64,000 nucleotides of DNA from Gammaproteobacteria bacterium (lineage in GTDB: Bacteria > Pseudomonadota > Gammaproteobacteria > Porifericomitales > Porifericomitaceae). The position numbers and the translations under genes are program-made. This document shows positions 9,061-21,400 of the stretch, one piece after another. A model generated the notes under the pieces. The model ran no database searches. It was given only the letters and a program-made list of their open reading frames with translations, and was not told the DNA's origin. The first letter of the stretch is position 1; each line of letters begins with the position of its first letter. The stretch spans positions 104,234-168,233 of the forward strand of contig JABAAT010000024.1 in NCBI GenBank assembly GCA_014238615.1. The letters run 5' to 3'.

Positions 9061-10383
9061 ATGGATACCTCCTACTGGGCGCTGACCATGTTCCCGGCCC
9101 TGCTGCTACTGCTGCTGCTCGGCTATCCCATCGCCCCCACCTTGGGCGCCGTGTCCCTGGGCTTCGGCCTGCTCTTCCTGGAACCGGGGTTTTTCGATCT
9201 GCTGCCCCTGCGGATCTGGGGCATCATGACCAATTTCACCCTGCTTGCGGTGCCCCTGTTTATCTTCATGGGCATGCTGTTGCAGCGCTCCGGCCTCGCC
9301 GAGGAACTGCTGGAGACCACCAGCCTGCTGTGCGCCGGGCTGCGCGGCGGCATGGCGCTGGCGGTGATCGCGGTGGGCGCACTGTTCGCCGCCGCCACCG
9401 GCATTGTCGGCGCCACCGTAGTCACCCTGGGCATCATCGCCCTGCCCGGCATGCTACGTCACGCTTATGCGCCGTCCCTGGCTGCGGGCACCATCACCGC
9501 CTCCGGCACGCTGGGGCAGATCATCCCCCCCAGCATCGTGCTTATCTTGCTGGGGGATATCCTGGGGTTGTCGGTAGGCAAACTGTTCATGGCGGCGCTA
9601 CTGCCGGGGCTGCTGCTGGTGCTGTTGTTCATGGTCTATGTGCTGATACTGGTGCGGTGTCGTCCGGCCATGGCGCCGATGCCGCAACGCCTGGATCAGG
9701 CTTCCAGGAAACAGCTGAAACTGCGGGCCCTGCGTAGCCTGATGCCGCCGCTGCTGCTCATCGGCGGCGTTCTGGGCTCTATCTTCTTTGGACTCGCGTC
9801 CCCCACGGAAGCGGCTGCAGTGGGCGCGGCCGGCGCCCTGCTGCTCGCCGTGCTGCTCGGAAGCCTGCGCCTCCAGGGAGTCCGGGAAAGCGCGCGGCAG
9901 ACGGTACGCCTAAGCAGCATGGTGTTCCTGGTGCTCATCGGCGCCACTTCCTTCGGCCTGGTGTTCCGGGGCATGGGCGGCGACCGCATCGTGGAGGAAC
10001 TGTTGATCGCCATGCCAGGCGGCCCATGGGGCTTCCTGCTGGTCAGCATGCTGTTGCTCTTCGTGCTCGGCATGTTTCTGGACTTCCTGGAAATCTGCTT
10101 CATCGTGGTGCCGCTGCTGGGGCCCATCGCGCAGCAGCTAGGCGTGGACACGCTGTGGTTCGCGGTGCTCATCGCGATTAACCTGCAAAGCTCTTTCATG
10201 ACCCCGCCTTTCGGCTTTTCGCTTTTTTACCTGAAGGCGGTCGCACCGCCCGACCTGAAACTGGGGGTGATCTACCGCGGAGCCCTGCCCTTCGTCGCCA
10301 TCCAGGCAGTCGTATTGCTGCTGGTGGCGGCCTGGCCGGCCCTGATACATTGGCTGCCGGGACTCGTGGAGCGCGCGTCTTAA
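9061..10383 (+). CDS. dctM: TRAP transporter large permease (DctM family).
   Basis: 440 aa, polytopic, with DctM-type repeats. It sits directly downstream of dctQ. Confidence 0.85.
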   Translation: MDTSYWALTMFPALLLLLLLGYPIAPTLGAVSLGFGLLFLEPGFFDLLPLRIWGIMTNFTLLAVPLFIFMGMLLQRSGLAEELLETTSLLCAGLRGGMALAVIAVGALFAAATGIVGATVVTLGIIALPGMLRHAYAPSLAAGTITASGTLGQIIPPSIVLILLGDILGLSVGKLFMAALLPGLLLVLLFMVYVLILVRCRPAMAPMPQRLDQASRKQLKLRALRSLMPPLLLIGGVLGSIFFGLASPTEAAAVGAAGALLLAVLLGSLRLQGVRESARQTVRLSSMVFLVLIGATSFGLVFRGMGGDRIVEELLIAMPGGPWGFLLVSMLLLFVLGMFLDFLEICFIVVPLLGPIAQQLGVDTLWFAVLIAINLQSSFMTPPFGFSLFYLKAVAPPDLKLGVIYRGALPFVAIQAVVLLLVAAWPALIHWLPGLVERAS

Positions 10384-10396
10384 CTTCAGGACTGCA

Positions 10397-10430
10397 AAAA
10401 GAAAACCCCGCGCAGGGGGACTGCGCGGGG
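10397..10430 (-). terminator. Rho-independent terminator of groEL. The hairpin is shared with the convergent dctM.
   Basis: A perfect 10-bp stem CCCCGCGCAG/CTGCGCGGGG with a 5-nt loop at 10406-10430. On the minus strand it is followed by TTTTCTTTTT. Confidence 0.7.
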
Positions 10431-10485
10431 CATAAAAGCAGACAAATTTAAAAATAGACAGGACGTTGGAGAATCCAAAGCCTCC

Positions 10486-12485
<2,000 letters not shown>

Positions 12486-12596
12486 ACTTTCATCCTCTCC
12501 TCAACATGTAAAGTTTACGACTGGATTTAGGGAGTGTCTCAGGACGTCCGGAGGCTGTGCACAACCGGCGCAATCGGCCATCTGCCGATTATCTTG

Positions 12597-12652
12597 TTGG
12601 CACTATCCCCCGGTGAGTGCTACTATTATAGGTACCCTTCCGGGAAATACAA
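12597..12652 (-). promoter_or_regulatory. groESL sigma70-type promoter (TTGTAT-N16-TATAAT) immediately followed by a CIRCE-like inverted repeat (the HrcA operator).
   Basis: On the minus strand the sequence reads cTTGTATttcccggaagggtaccTATAATag-TAGCACTCaccgggggaTAGTGCCAA. The inverted repeat TTGGCACTA-N9-GAGTGCTAC (plus strand 12597-12623) matches the CIRCE consensus TTAGCACTC-N9-GAGTGCTAA at 15 of 18 positions. Confidence 0.65.
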
Positions 12653-12821
12653 GCCTCGGGCGCATTGCTGCCGAGCCGGGCTCCGCGGCCACCCGGAACC
12701 ACCAAGCGGTGCCGGGACGGCAACGCTTCCCGGGTGCTCCACGGGGCCTGCCAAGCGCCTGCCCCAAGCCGCAACGCAGGCGACGGCGGGGAAGCAGCGG
12801 CACTCCGTTATCATGTAGCTG

Positions 12822-13247
12822 ATGAAAAAGCCCACCACCACGCACTCCGACTCCGCCGGGGAGGCCGTGCTTCTGGTGCTCTGCAGCTGTCCCGGAGGAG
12901 ACGAGCAAGTCGCCCGGCAGATTGCCGCTGCATTGGCCGAACGGCGCCTGGCCGCCTGCGTCCATATTATCCCGGGCCTGCCCGCCCTGTTCCGCTGGGA
13001 GGGACGCCTGGAACAACAAGCCGAATGCCTGCTGCTGGCCAAAACCACGCGGGCCGCCTACCCGCGCCTGGAGCAGGAAGTGCTTGCCATGCATCCATAC
13101 AACGTCCCGGAAATCATCGCCATACCGCTCGCCCGGGGCCTGGAAAGCTACCTCTCCTGGGTCCGGGACAACACCCTGGCGGATACCCCGGACAGTCCAG
13201 CCGATCTGAACCGCGACTCCCCGGCGGCGCCCGGCACCATCACATGA
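12822..13247 (+). CDS. cutA: Divalent-cation tolerance protein CutA.
   Basis: 141 aa of the CutA1 family (VLLVLCSCPGGDEQVARQIAAALAERRLAACV). Its stop overlaps the dsbD start (ATGA). Confidence 0.85.
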   Translation: MKKPTTTHSDSAGEAVLLVLCSCPGGDEQVARQIAAALAERRLAACVHIIPGLPALFRWEGRLEQQAECLLLAKTTRAAYPRLEQEVLAMHPYNVPEIIAIPLARGLESYLSWVRDNTLADTPDSPADLNRDSPAAPGTIT

Positions 13248-15181
13248 ACAAGCCACGCGGCCCACTCCACGCCCAAAGCCGCGCCGCAGCCTGGCTCCTG
13301 CCGTGGTTGCTCGCGCTCGGCACGGTCCACGCCGCAGTCGGTGACAGCCTCTCCGATTTCCTGGGCCGGGATTCCTGGCACGACGACATCCTGGAAGTAG
13401 AGGAGGCCTTCCCGGTCATCGCCGAGCTGCAGCCAGCGGCGCGGCGTATCCTGCTGCACTGGGATATCCAGCCCGGTTACTACCTGTACCGCGACAAGTT
13501 CAGCTTCGCGGCGCGGGCGCTGCGCCTGGGCGAGGCCGGGCTGCCGGAGGGCGTGCCGGAGGAGGACCCGGAATTCGGCATGGTGCAGGTGCTGGAAGGC
13601 AACCAGACCATCACGCTGCCCTTCATCACGGAGGATAGCGGCCCGGTACCGGCGCACTTGGAAATAACCTACCAGGGCTGCAAGCGTGACACCCTCTGCT
13701 ACCCGGTAGCACGGCACGGCTTTGAGCTTCCCCTTGGAGACAGCGGCGCAGGCGGGGGCTCCGCCGTCTGGATTCCCGGCACGGCACTGGCGGCGCCCAC
13801 CGCCGTTGTCGCAGAACCCTCGCCCGTCATACCCGGCGGCGCTATTCAGGATTTCTTCAGCACCCTGCGCAACGGCAACGCCTGGCTCATCTTGTCGGCC
13901 TTCTTCGCCGCCGGCCTGTTACTGGCCTTCACCCCCTGCATTCTGCCGATGCTGCCCATCCTTTCCGGGATCATCGTCGGCGAACGGGCCTCCGGGCGGC
14001 GGGCCTTGCTGATCTCGGGAAATTACGTCCTGGGCATGGCCCTGACTTACGCCCTGTTCGGCCTGGTTGCCGGGCTCATGCACTACAACCTGCAGGCCGC
14101 CCTGCAACTTCCCTGGGTGCTGATCCTGTTCAGCGCGATCTTCGTGGCCCTGGCCTTGTCCATGTTTGACGTCTTCTCCCTGCAGGCGCCGGCGGCCCTG
14201 CAAACGCGCCTGGCGGCGCTCGGGAGCAACCGCGCCGGGCTGGTCAAGGCATCCGTGATGGGCGTTGCCTCGGCGCTCATCGTCGGCCCCTGCGTAGCAC
14301 CCGCCATCGTTGGAGCGCTGCTGTTTATCAGCGTCGCCGGTGAACCACTGCGCGGTGCCATGGCGCTGTTTACCCTGGGCCTGGGGATGGGTGCGCCGCT
14401 GCTGGCGGTCGGCGTTCTAGGCGGACATATCCTGCCGCGCGCCGGCCTCTGGATGGTGCGCATCCGGCAGGGCTTCGGTGTGCTCATGCTGGGAGTCGCC
14501 CTGTGGCTCCTGGGCCGCGTGCTGCCGGATGACTTCATGTTGCTGTTGTGGGCCGCCCTATGCATCGCGGTGGGGATCGTTTATCTGGGCGCTCTGGAAC
14601 CAGCGCCCACGCCGCGCCTGCTCGACCGCTTCCCCAAGGCGCTGGGCGCCGTCCTGCTCATCTATGGAGCCGCCCTGCTGGTCGGCGCCACCGTGGGCGG
14701 CGGCAGACCGGCCCAACCACTGGCCGGGCTGCGCGGCTCCGAAACAGGCGATGCCGCCTCAAGCCAGGCCGACTTCCGCACCATCAGCGACTACTCGGAA
14801 CTGCAGGCCGCCCTGGACGAAGCCGGGCGCATCGGGCAACCCACCCTGCTCAAGTTCCACGCCGAATGGTGTGTGACTTGCAAAAAGCTCGACGACGTCA
14901 CTTTCCCGGCTCCCGAAGTACAGGCCGTTCTGTCCGGGGCCATGCTGCTGCTGGCGGATGTCACCGACTACGAGGCGCACCGGGGGCTGCTGCGGAAACT
15001 GGACCTGGTGGGGCCACCGGCGGTGCTGTTTTTCGGCGCCGACGGTCGGGAGCGCAGCGTCTATCGGCTCCAGGGCTTTCTGAACGCCACCGATTTCAGC
15101 CGGCGCGCGCGCCAGGCTTTGTGGGGTGACGGGGAAAGCGCCCGGGGAAGCGCGGGGCAGGCGGCGACGGGCGATGCGTAA
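13244..15181 (+). CDS. dsbD: Thiol:disulfide interchange protein DsbD (646 aa).
   Basis: It has a signal peptide, an N-terminal DsbD alpha domain, a central 8-TM domain containing a CxxC (CVAP not shown; conserved membrane Cys pair), and a C-terminal thioredoxin-like domain (WCVTCK). The maximal ORF from 12665 is a frame artefact across cutA. Confidence 0.85.
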   Translation: MNKPRGPLHAQSRAAAWLLPWLLALGTVHAAVGDSLSDFLGRDSWHDDILEVEEAFPVIAELQPAARRILLHWDIQPGYYLYRDKFSFAARALRLGEAGLPEGVPEEDPEFGMVQVLEGNQTITLPFITEDSGPVPAHLEITYQGCKRDTLCYPVARHGFELPLGDSGAGGGSAVWIPGTALAAPTAVVAEPSPVIPGGAIQDFFSTLRNGNAWLILSAFFAAGLLLAFTPCILPMLPILSGIIVGERASGRRALLISGNYVLGMALTYALFGLVAGLMHYNLQAALQLPWVLILFSAIFVALALSMFDVFSLQAPAALQTRLAALGSNRAGLVKASVMGVASALIVGPCVAPAIVGALLFISVAGEPLRGAMALFTLGLGMGAPLLAVGVLGGHILPRAGLWMVRIRQGFGVLMLGVALWLLGRVLPDDFMLLLWAALCIAVGIVYLGALEPAPTPRLLDRFPKALGAVLLIYGAALLVGATVGGGRPAQPLAGLRGSETGDAASSQADFRTISDYSELQAALDEAGRIGQPTLLKFHAEWCVTCKKLDDVTFPAPEVQAVLSGAMLLLADVTDYEAHRGLLRKLDLVGPPAVLFFGADGRERSVYRLQGFLNATDFSRRARQALWGDGESARGSAGQAATGDA

Positions 15182-15222
15182 GGCCCGTCCACCGGCGTAA
15201 CCAGCGGGGCTAACGAAGAACA

Positions 15223-15750
15223 ATGCCCAGGCCGTCACGCGGCCGCGCTTCGGCAGGCGCGGCCGCCTTACTCACATGCGTCCTCACCGTGGCCGCGCCA
15301 GCCGGGTGCTTACACGTTGAACAAGCGGATCACGGGGCGTTGCCGAAGCTGACACTGCGACAGCTGGACGGCTGGCTACGCGAACTCTCGGAAGAATGGA
15401 GGGGCCGGGTGCTGCTGGTCAACCTGTGGGCTACCTGGTGCCTGCCCTGCCGCAAGGAGATCCCCGAATTCATTGAACTGCAGGAGCGGCACGGCGCTGC
15501 GGGGTTGCAGGTCCTCGGCATCGCTCTGGATGAGGAGGAGCGGGTCAGGCAATACTTGGCCGACCATGCGGTGAACTACCCGATACTGCTGGCCGGAGAT
15601 CAAAGCTATCGGCTGACTGAAGAACTCGACAACCCGGAATTCCTGCTGCCTTTTTCCGTCATCGTCAACCGCTCCGGCCGCATCGTTTTCCGGAAAACAG
15701 GCCGTCTGCACAGCGCCGAAGCGGAATCCGTCCTGCTCTCCCTGCTTTAG
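15223..15750 (+). CDS. Periplasmic TlpA/ResA-like thioredoxin-fold thiol-disulfide oxidoreductase.
   Basis: WATWCLPCRKEIP is a CxxC motif in a TlpA-like fold. It has an N-terminal lipoprotein-like signal and sits downstream of dsbD. Confidence 0.75.
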   Translation: MPRPSRGRASAGAAALLTCVLTVAAPAGCLHVEQADHGALPKLTLRQLDGWLRELSEEWRGRVLLVNLWATWCLPCRKEIPEFIELQERHGAAGLQVLGIALDEEERVRQYLADHAVNYPILLAGDQSYRLTEELDNPEFLLPFSVIVNRSGRIVFRKTGRLHSAEAESVLLSLL

Positions 15751-16010
15751 GCCCCTGCACCGCCCCGCTCCCGGGACGAAGCGCCCGCCGTGACGAAACG
15801 TGTTGATGCTTTTTACAGCACTTTTGGTCACGGCCGGGACGGAGAGGCTGACGGCTTGAAAATTGAAAATCGAAGGGCTTTTGTCTTATAATCAGCGGGG
15901 AAGTTCTTTGAAAAGAATCGATCTTCTCGTCAAATAACCAGAATCCGGAGGGAACTCTCCCCTCTGGAAATCTGGAGTGTTGAAGTATTCCGGAGGCATA
16001 TTCATTCGTC

Positions 16011-16457
16011 ATGGCAAAGCTCGTACTGGTGTTGCACGGCCCCAACCTGGGCCGGCTCGGTCAAAGGGAGCCGGAAATCTACGGTACTTCCACCTTGGCC
16101 GAAGTGAACAGTACCCTGCAAGACCAGGCCGCCGACCTCGGCCTGGAGCTACGCTGCTTCCAAAGCAATGCGGAACACGCCCTGCTGGAATGCATCCACG
16201 CCGCGGCCGGGGAGGCATCCTTCATCATCATCAATCCCGGGGCCCTGACGCACACCAGCGTGGCCCTGCGCGACGCATTACTGGACGCGGGACTACCCTT
16301 CATCGAGGTGCACATCTCCAATCCCTATGCACGTGAGCCCTTCCGCCACCACTCCTATTTGCGGGACGCGGCCACGGGAGTCATCTGCGGGCTGGGCGTA
16401 CAGGGCTACGAACTGGCCCTGCAGGCCGCCGCCGGCCAGCTGCGCGCGACGCACTGA
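16011..16457 (+). CDS. aroQ: 3-dehydroquinate dehydratase type II.
   Basis: [20 protein letters not shown] and [16 protein letters not shown] are AroQ signatures. Conserved aroQ-accB-accC synteny supports the call. Confidence 0.93.
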   Translation: MAKLVLVLHGPNLGRLGQREPEIYGTSTLAEVNSTLQDQAADLGLELRCFQSNAEHALLECIHAAAGEASFIIINPGALTHTSVALRDALLDAGLPFIEVHISNPYAREPFRHHSYLRDAATGVICGLGVQGYELALQAAAGQLRATH

Positions 16458-16464
16458 AGCCGCC

Positions 16465-16893
16465 ATGGACCTGCGTAAGATCAAAAAGCTCATGACGTTG
16501 CTGGAAAATTCCGGCCTGGATGAACTGGAACTGCGCGAGGGTGAGGAAACCATACGCCTGCGCCGCAACAGGGTTCTGGAGCACGAAACCGCCCCGGCGG
16601 CGACGCCGCAAGACGGGGAGCGCGGAAAACAACAGCCGGAGACGGAACAGGAGGCATCCGGGCACACGGTTCGATCCCCCATGGTGGGCATCTTCTACGC
16701 TTCCCCCAAGCCGGACAGCCCGCCTTTCGTGAAAATCGGACAGCAGGTACGCAAAGGCGAGGTGCTGTGCATCATTGAAGCGATGAAAGTCATGAACCAA
16801 ATTGAGGCTGACGGCGACGGTGTGATCACTCGGGTTCTGGTGGAAAACGGCGCCCCGGTGGAATACCGGCAGGCCCTTTTCCAGCTGCGCTGA
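16465..16893 (+). CDS. accB: Biotin carboxyl carrier protein of acetyl-CoA carboxylase.
   Basis: The biotinyl domain motif [12 protein letters not shown] is present, with an Ala/Pro-rich linker. An ATG at 16465 gives 142 aa. Confidence 0.93.
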   Translation: MDLRKIKKLMTLLENSGLDELELREGEETIRLRRNRVLEHETAPAATPQDGERGKQQPETEQEASGHTVRSPMVGIFYASPKPDSPPFVKIGQQVRKGEVLCIIEAMKVMNQIEADGDGVITRVLVENGAPVEYRQALFQLR

Positions 16894-16922
16894 CGAGTCC
16901 CGCCGCCACCCACGGCGCCGCC

Positions 16923-18269
16923 ATGTTCAACAAGATTGTGATCGCCAACCGTGGCGAGATCGCCCTGCGCATCCTGCGCGGCTGTAAAGAGCTGGGTATC
17001 CAAACCGTGGCTGTTTACTCCGAGGCCGATCGTGAGCAGAAACATGTCCTGCTCGCCGACGAATCGGTTTGCATCGGCCCTCCGCCCCCCTCCGACAGCT
17101 ACCTGCATATACCGGCCGTCATCAGCGCCGCTGAGATCACCGACGCCGAGGCCATCCACCCAGGTTACGGTTTCCTTGCCGAAAACGCTGACTTCGCCGA
17201 GCAGGTGGAGCAAAGCGGCTTTTGTTTCATCGGCCCCCGCCCGGCTACCCTGCGTCTCATGGGCGACAAGCTGCGCGCCAAGGAAGAAGTTCAGAGGCTC
17301 GGCCTGAACTGCGTCCCAGGCGGCACCGGGGCCCTGCCCGAGGGGTCCGAAGCCTGCCTGACCATGGCCAGGCACATCGGCTTCCCCGTGCTCATCAAGG
17401 CCGCCGCCGGCGGTGGCGGACGCGGCATGCGCGTGGTCCACAGCGAAGCCATGTTGCTGAACGCCGTGAGTCTCACGCGCGCCGAAGCCGGAACAGCTTT
17501 CGGTGACAACACCCTGTACCTGGAAAAATACCTGGAGCGCCCCAGGCACATCGAGATCCAGGTGCTCGCCGACGGCAAGGGGAACTGCATCCACCTGGGA
17601 GAACGCGATTGCTCCATACAGCGCCGCCATCAGAAGCTGATCGAGGAGGCCCCGGCTCCCTTTATCGAACCCAGGCAACGTGAAAACCTGGGGAAACGCT
17701 GCGTCGAGATCTGCCACTCCCTGAACTACCGCGGCGCCGGCACCATGGAGTTCCTATACGAAAACGACAACTTCTACTTTATCGAGATGAACACCCGTAT
17801 CCAGGTGGAGCACCCGGTCACCGAGATGATTACCGGCATCGACCTGGTCAAGGAGCAGATCCGTCTCGCCGCCGGGGCCGAGCTCGGCATCAAGCAAAAA
17901 GAGTTGCGCCCGCGCGGATGGGCCATCGAGTGCCGCATCAACGCCGAGCACCCGGAAACCTTCCGCCCCAGCCCCGGCACCATCACCCACTACCACGCCC
18001 CCGGAGGCCCCGGGGTGCGCATGGACACCCACATCTACCAGAACTACAGCATTCCCCCCTACTACGACTCCCTCATCGGCAAACTGGTTGCAAGCGGCAA
18101 CAGCAGGGAGGAAGCCCTGGCCCGCCTGGACAATGCACTGCACGAGATCATCATAGAAGGCACGGACACCAACCTCCCCCTGCTACGCCGCCTGGTAAGA
18201 GACGCCGACTTTCGGAACGGAGCACTGCACATCCACTTCCTGGAACAATGGATGAAAAGCGAAGGCTGA
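16923..18269 (+). CDS. accC: Biotin carboxylase.
   Basis: 448 aa with full-length identity to AccC ([19 protein letters not shown]...). Confidence 0.97.
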   Translation: MFNKIVIANRGEIALRILRGCKELGIQTVAVYSEADREQKHVLLADESVCIGPPPPSDSYLHIPAVISAAEITDAEAIHPGYGFLAENADFAEQVEQSGFCFIGPRPATLRLMGDKLRAKEEVQRLGLNCVPGGTGALPEGSEACLTMARHIGFPVLIKAAAGGGGRGMRVVHSEAMLLNAVSLTRAEAGTAFGDNTLYLEKYLERPRHIEIQVLADGKGNCIHLGERDCSIQRRHQKLIEEAPAPFIEPRQRENLGKRCVEICHSLNYRGAGTMEFLYENDNFYFIEMNTRIQVEHPVTEMITGIDLVKEQIRLAAGAELGIKQKELRPRGWAIECRINAEHPETFRPSPGTITHYHAPGGPGVRMDTHIYQNYSIPPYYDSLIGKLVASGNSREEALARLDNALHEIIIEGTDTNLPLLRRLVRDADFRNGALHIHFLEQWMKSEG

Positions 18270-18459
18270 ACCCGGCGCCCCTCAAGGCTCCCCCCGCGCA
18301 ACACATACGAACGCGGACAACCACCCCACGTATATGATCCCCCGAATCAAAACCCTGGTGCCGAGGCAAAAACGCAAAAGGTTCTGTCCATCTTCTCCAG
18401 CCTTGCCGGTGGGCGCTCCCACCTGGGACATGGGCGCGGGCTTTGCTTCGCTCCTGTTT

Positions 18460-21400
18460 CTAGGGGGCGATGACCGGTCCCTTCTTGATGAGCTCCAGGA
18501 GTCGCTGTTTACTCTTCCTGGTCCATTGCTCTACGTCTTCCGGGGTGCGTAGAGCGGCGCCTTGGAGTTCCGCCTGCTGTGCTTCCGGTTCTGTTTGCCG
18601 CACTGCCTGCAGGAAGGCCTCTCTGAAGAGCTGTGGGAAAGCGGCCTTGTTCCTGCTCCAGGTTTCCAGGGAAACCTGCTCCAGGGATTGTCTTAGCTCC
18701 TCCGTGGTGCCTATGGGGCCCTTGTCTATTTCCTGGTCCAGCCCGGCCGCAACCAGGATCTTGTACTGCTCTTCCTCTTCGAGTTTCCGCCAGCTCGTTG
18801 CCTCCTGGAGCCTGCCTTTCTCCTGTTCGTAAGCCGCCGCATACCCCTGCTCGGCCGCGATGAGGATGTTGCGTAGTTCTGTTGCCAGTTTCTGCTCCAT
18901 GATATCCATGGGATTTTCCGACTGGAGCAGGTTGCGGTTCTGCCTGATTGAACCAAGTTGTTGACTCAGCTCCCTGGCGATGGGGAGGCCTTTTGCGTGT
19001 ATCAGCAATTCGAGGAGTTGCCTGTATTGTCTTGTGCGCTTCTGTTGGAGCTCTGCCTGCTCTCTCCATTCCTGGATCTCCTTTTGGAGTTGCTTGCGCC
19101 GGGCGTGGATGGCCTGTAACCTCCCTTCGCCTGGCCTGCCCTGCATGTCCTTGAGGTGACTGGTGTCCGGGGGCTTAGGGAAGGGGGGGTCTCCTCCTAT
19201 TCTTTCGGCCAGGGCTGTCACCTCGTTCAAGTATTTATCCGCTGCATCCGCCTCCTCCCCGGGTTGGCACGAGATGCCCGCTTCCTGGAACAGCTCCCTT
19301 AGCTCAGTGAGCTGCGGGGCGCCGATGGTGGGGCTCTCTCCGTGGAATTCCGCGGCGTGGATCTTTCCCTGGACCATGACGTCCGCCCGCAGGGGTTTGC
19401 CATCGAGGCTCGCGTGCAGGCGGCCAGCGTCGCAGAGGCTCATGATGACGCTGTCTATGACGTCCCTGGGCCAGCCGTATGGGGGTGCCGCGAAGTGCTC
19501 CCTGATCTGCCCGCCCTTCCTGCCGGGTCCTACCTGCTCAAGCACCATGGCGCATACGGGATGCTGCTCCACGGGGCCTCGATATCCCAAGGGTCCCAGG
19601 GGGGCGTCCGAGCCTGCCTGGGTGAGATCCAGAACCTGCCTCCAGCGCTTGTCGTCCACATGGTGGAATTCGTGGAACAGGCGCTCCTGTGCATTCCTTG
19701 CCCCCTGGATGAGCTTCTTGATGGTGCTCGCCTCCTGGATTTCCTCGCCCCCGCCCTGGAAGATCCTGACCTCCCGCATGAGCTTTTGCACCAGCCTCTT
19801 GCGTTCCTGCTCGGCGTCCCGGACCCGGGTCGCCAGTACCCGGCGCACCTCCTCGTCCTCGGAGGAGACGGGGGAGCCCTTGTCGGCCAAGGTTTCCCTG
19901 GCCGCTTCCTCGCCGGCGATCGCTACAGAGAGATCGTCCGAGTGTTCCCTGGGAATAAAGGCATACAGCAATGGACTCTCTGTGCCGGCGGCACGGGCGG
20001 TCTGCTCTACTTCTTTCTCCCCGGTGTTCCAGCCGTCCCGGATCCAGACGGGGATGGCGGTGCTGTCTCCCCTGGGCGCCTCGTGACCGATGTGCCAGGT
20101 GAGCTTGCGGGGTGTCTTGTATTCTCCCTGCATCAGGCTGATAGACTCCACGTACTCCTTGGTCTCCTCCTGGAGAACCTCGGTGCGTGTGACGCTGAGC
20201 CGCGCCTGGTCTTCCATGAATGCCTTGCGACGTTTTCTGAACTCCTTCTCCCATTCGCTTCCTTCCCGGGTCTGCAAGGCGTATTCGTCCCCCTCCAACT
20301 TCACCAGGATGCCCTCCTGTACCAGCTTTTCCAGGGCTTCCGGGAGTTCCTGCCGCAGCTTGTCGCGATCCCGCTCCAGGTCTTTCACCAACAGGTCTGT
20401 CAGGCTTTCCGTGGTAGCGCGCACCCCCAGATCGGCTTCCTTCCCGCGCGGCAGCCTGCCGATCAAGAACACCAGGCTGCAGATGCCGGCGCGCAGATCA
20501 CCCCCGGGGGTGCCATCGCCCAAGGCGGTGATCCGGTCATGGACCTCTCGCGGCAACTGGCCGGACTGCAGCAGGTTGGATGCGATCTGCCCGTACAGGA
20601 AGTCCGTGGGCACCACGGTGCCCAGGGGATCCTCCGCGGTGGCGCGGGCCGCCTCGTAGATGATGCGCAGCTGTGTGCGCAGCCGGTCGGTGCCGCCAGT
20701 GTGGTGCAGGGAGCGCAGGATTTCCACCCAGAAGCGGCGCCGCACCGGAAGCAGCGGGTAGTCCTGGATCAGGGCTTCCTCGTCCTCGGCGGCGGTTTTA
20801 AGCCTGGTGTGTGACAGCTGCCGGTGCGCCTCGCCGGAATTCCATTCCAGTATTTCGCGTAACGAGGAGATGCAGTTCTCTTTCTTGGCCAGCACGACCT
20901 TGCGCACGACCTGCTCCACGTCGTTGTCGGAAAGCTGGACGTTCACCGTGAAGAGGCCCTGGAGCGGCTGCAAGGCGGAGGCAGCCTGCAGGGCCGACTG
21001 ACCGATCCCCAGGAGCAACAGCTTGCCGCCGAAACGCTTGCCGCAGGCCTCAACCACCTCCTGGAAATCCTGGGTACGCGAGCTGTCCTCGCCGAGGTAT
21101 GGCTGGACCTCGTCCAGAAGGATCGCGGTACAGGGGATGGCCGAGCGCTCCGTCAGGACCTCCCGGATGGTGGCCACGAACTCATCGGTGTTGATGTCGT
21201 CCACATCCTTGTATTGTGCGCGCAGCAAGACGCCGACGTCCTTTGCATCTTTGGCGAAGTTCGGATTGATTTTCAGCAGGGTCTTCGAGACGTAGGGGCT
21301 GACGTACATATCGCGCAGCTCCTGTTCAAAATTGCGCTTCTCCTCATGGAGCGCGGCCACCATGGGAGTGTACAGCTTGTTCCGCCTGAGCCACAGGGTG

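Noticed and set aside
12665-15181. 838-aa ORF suggesting a much longer DsbD.
   Set aside because: The first 190 residues are an out-of-frame read across the groES promoter and cutA. The real dsbD start is the ATG at 13244, which overlaps the cutA stop.
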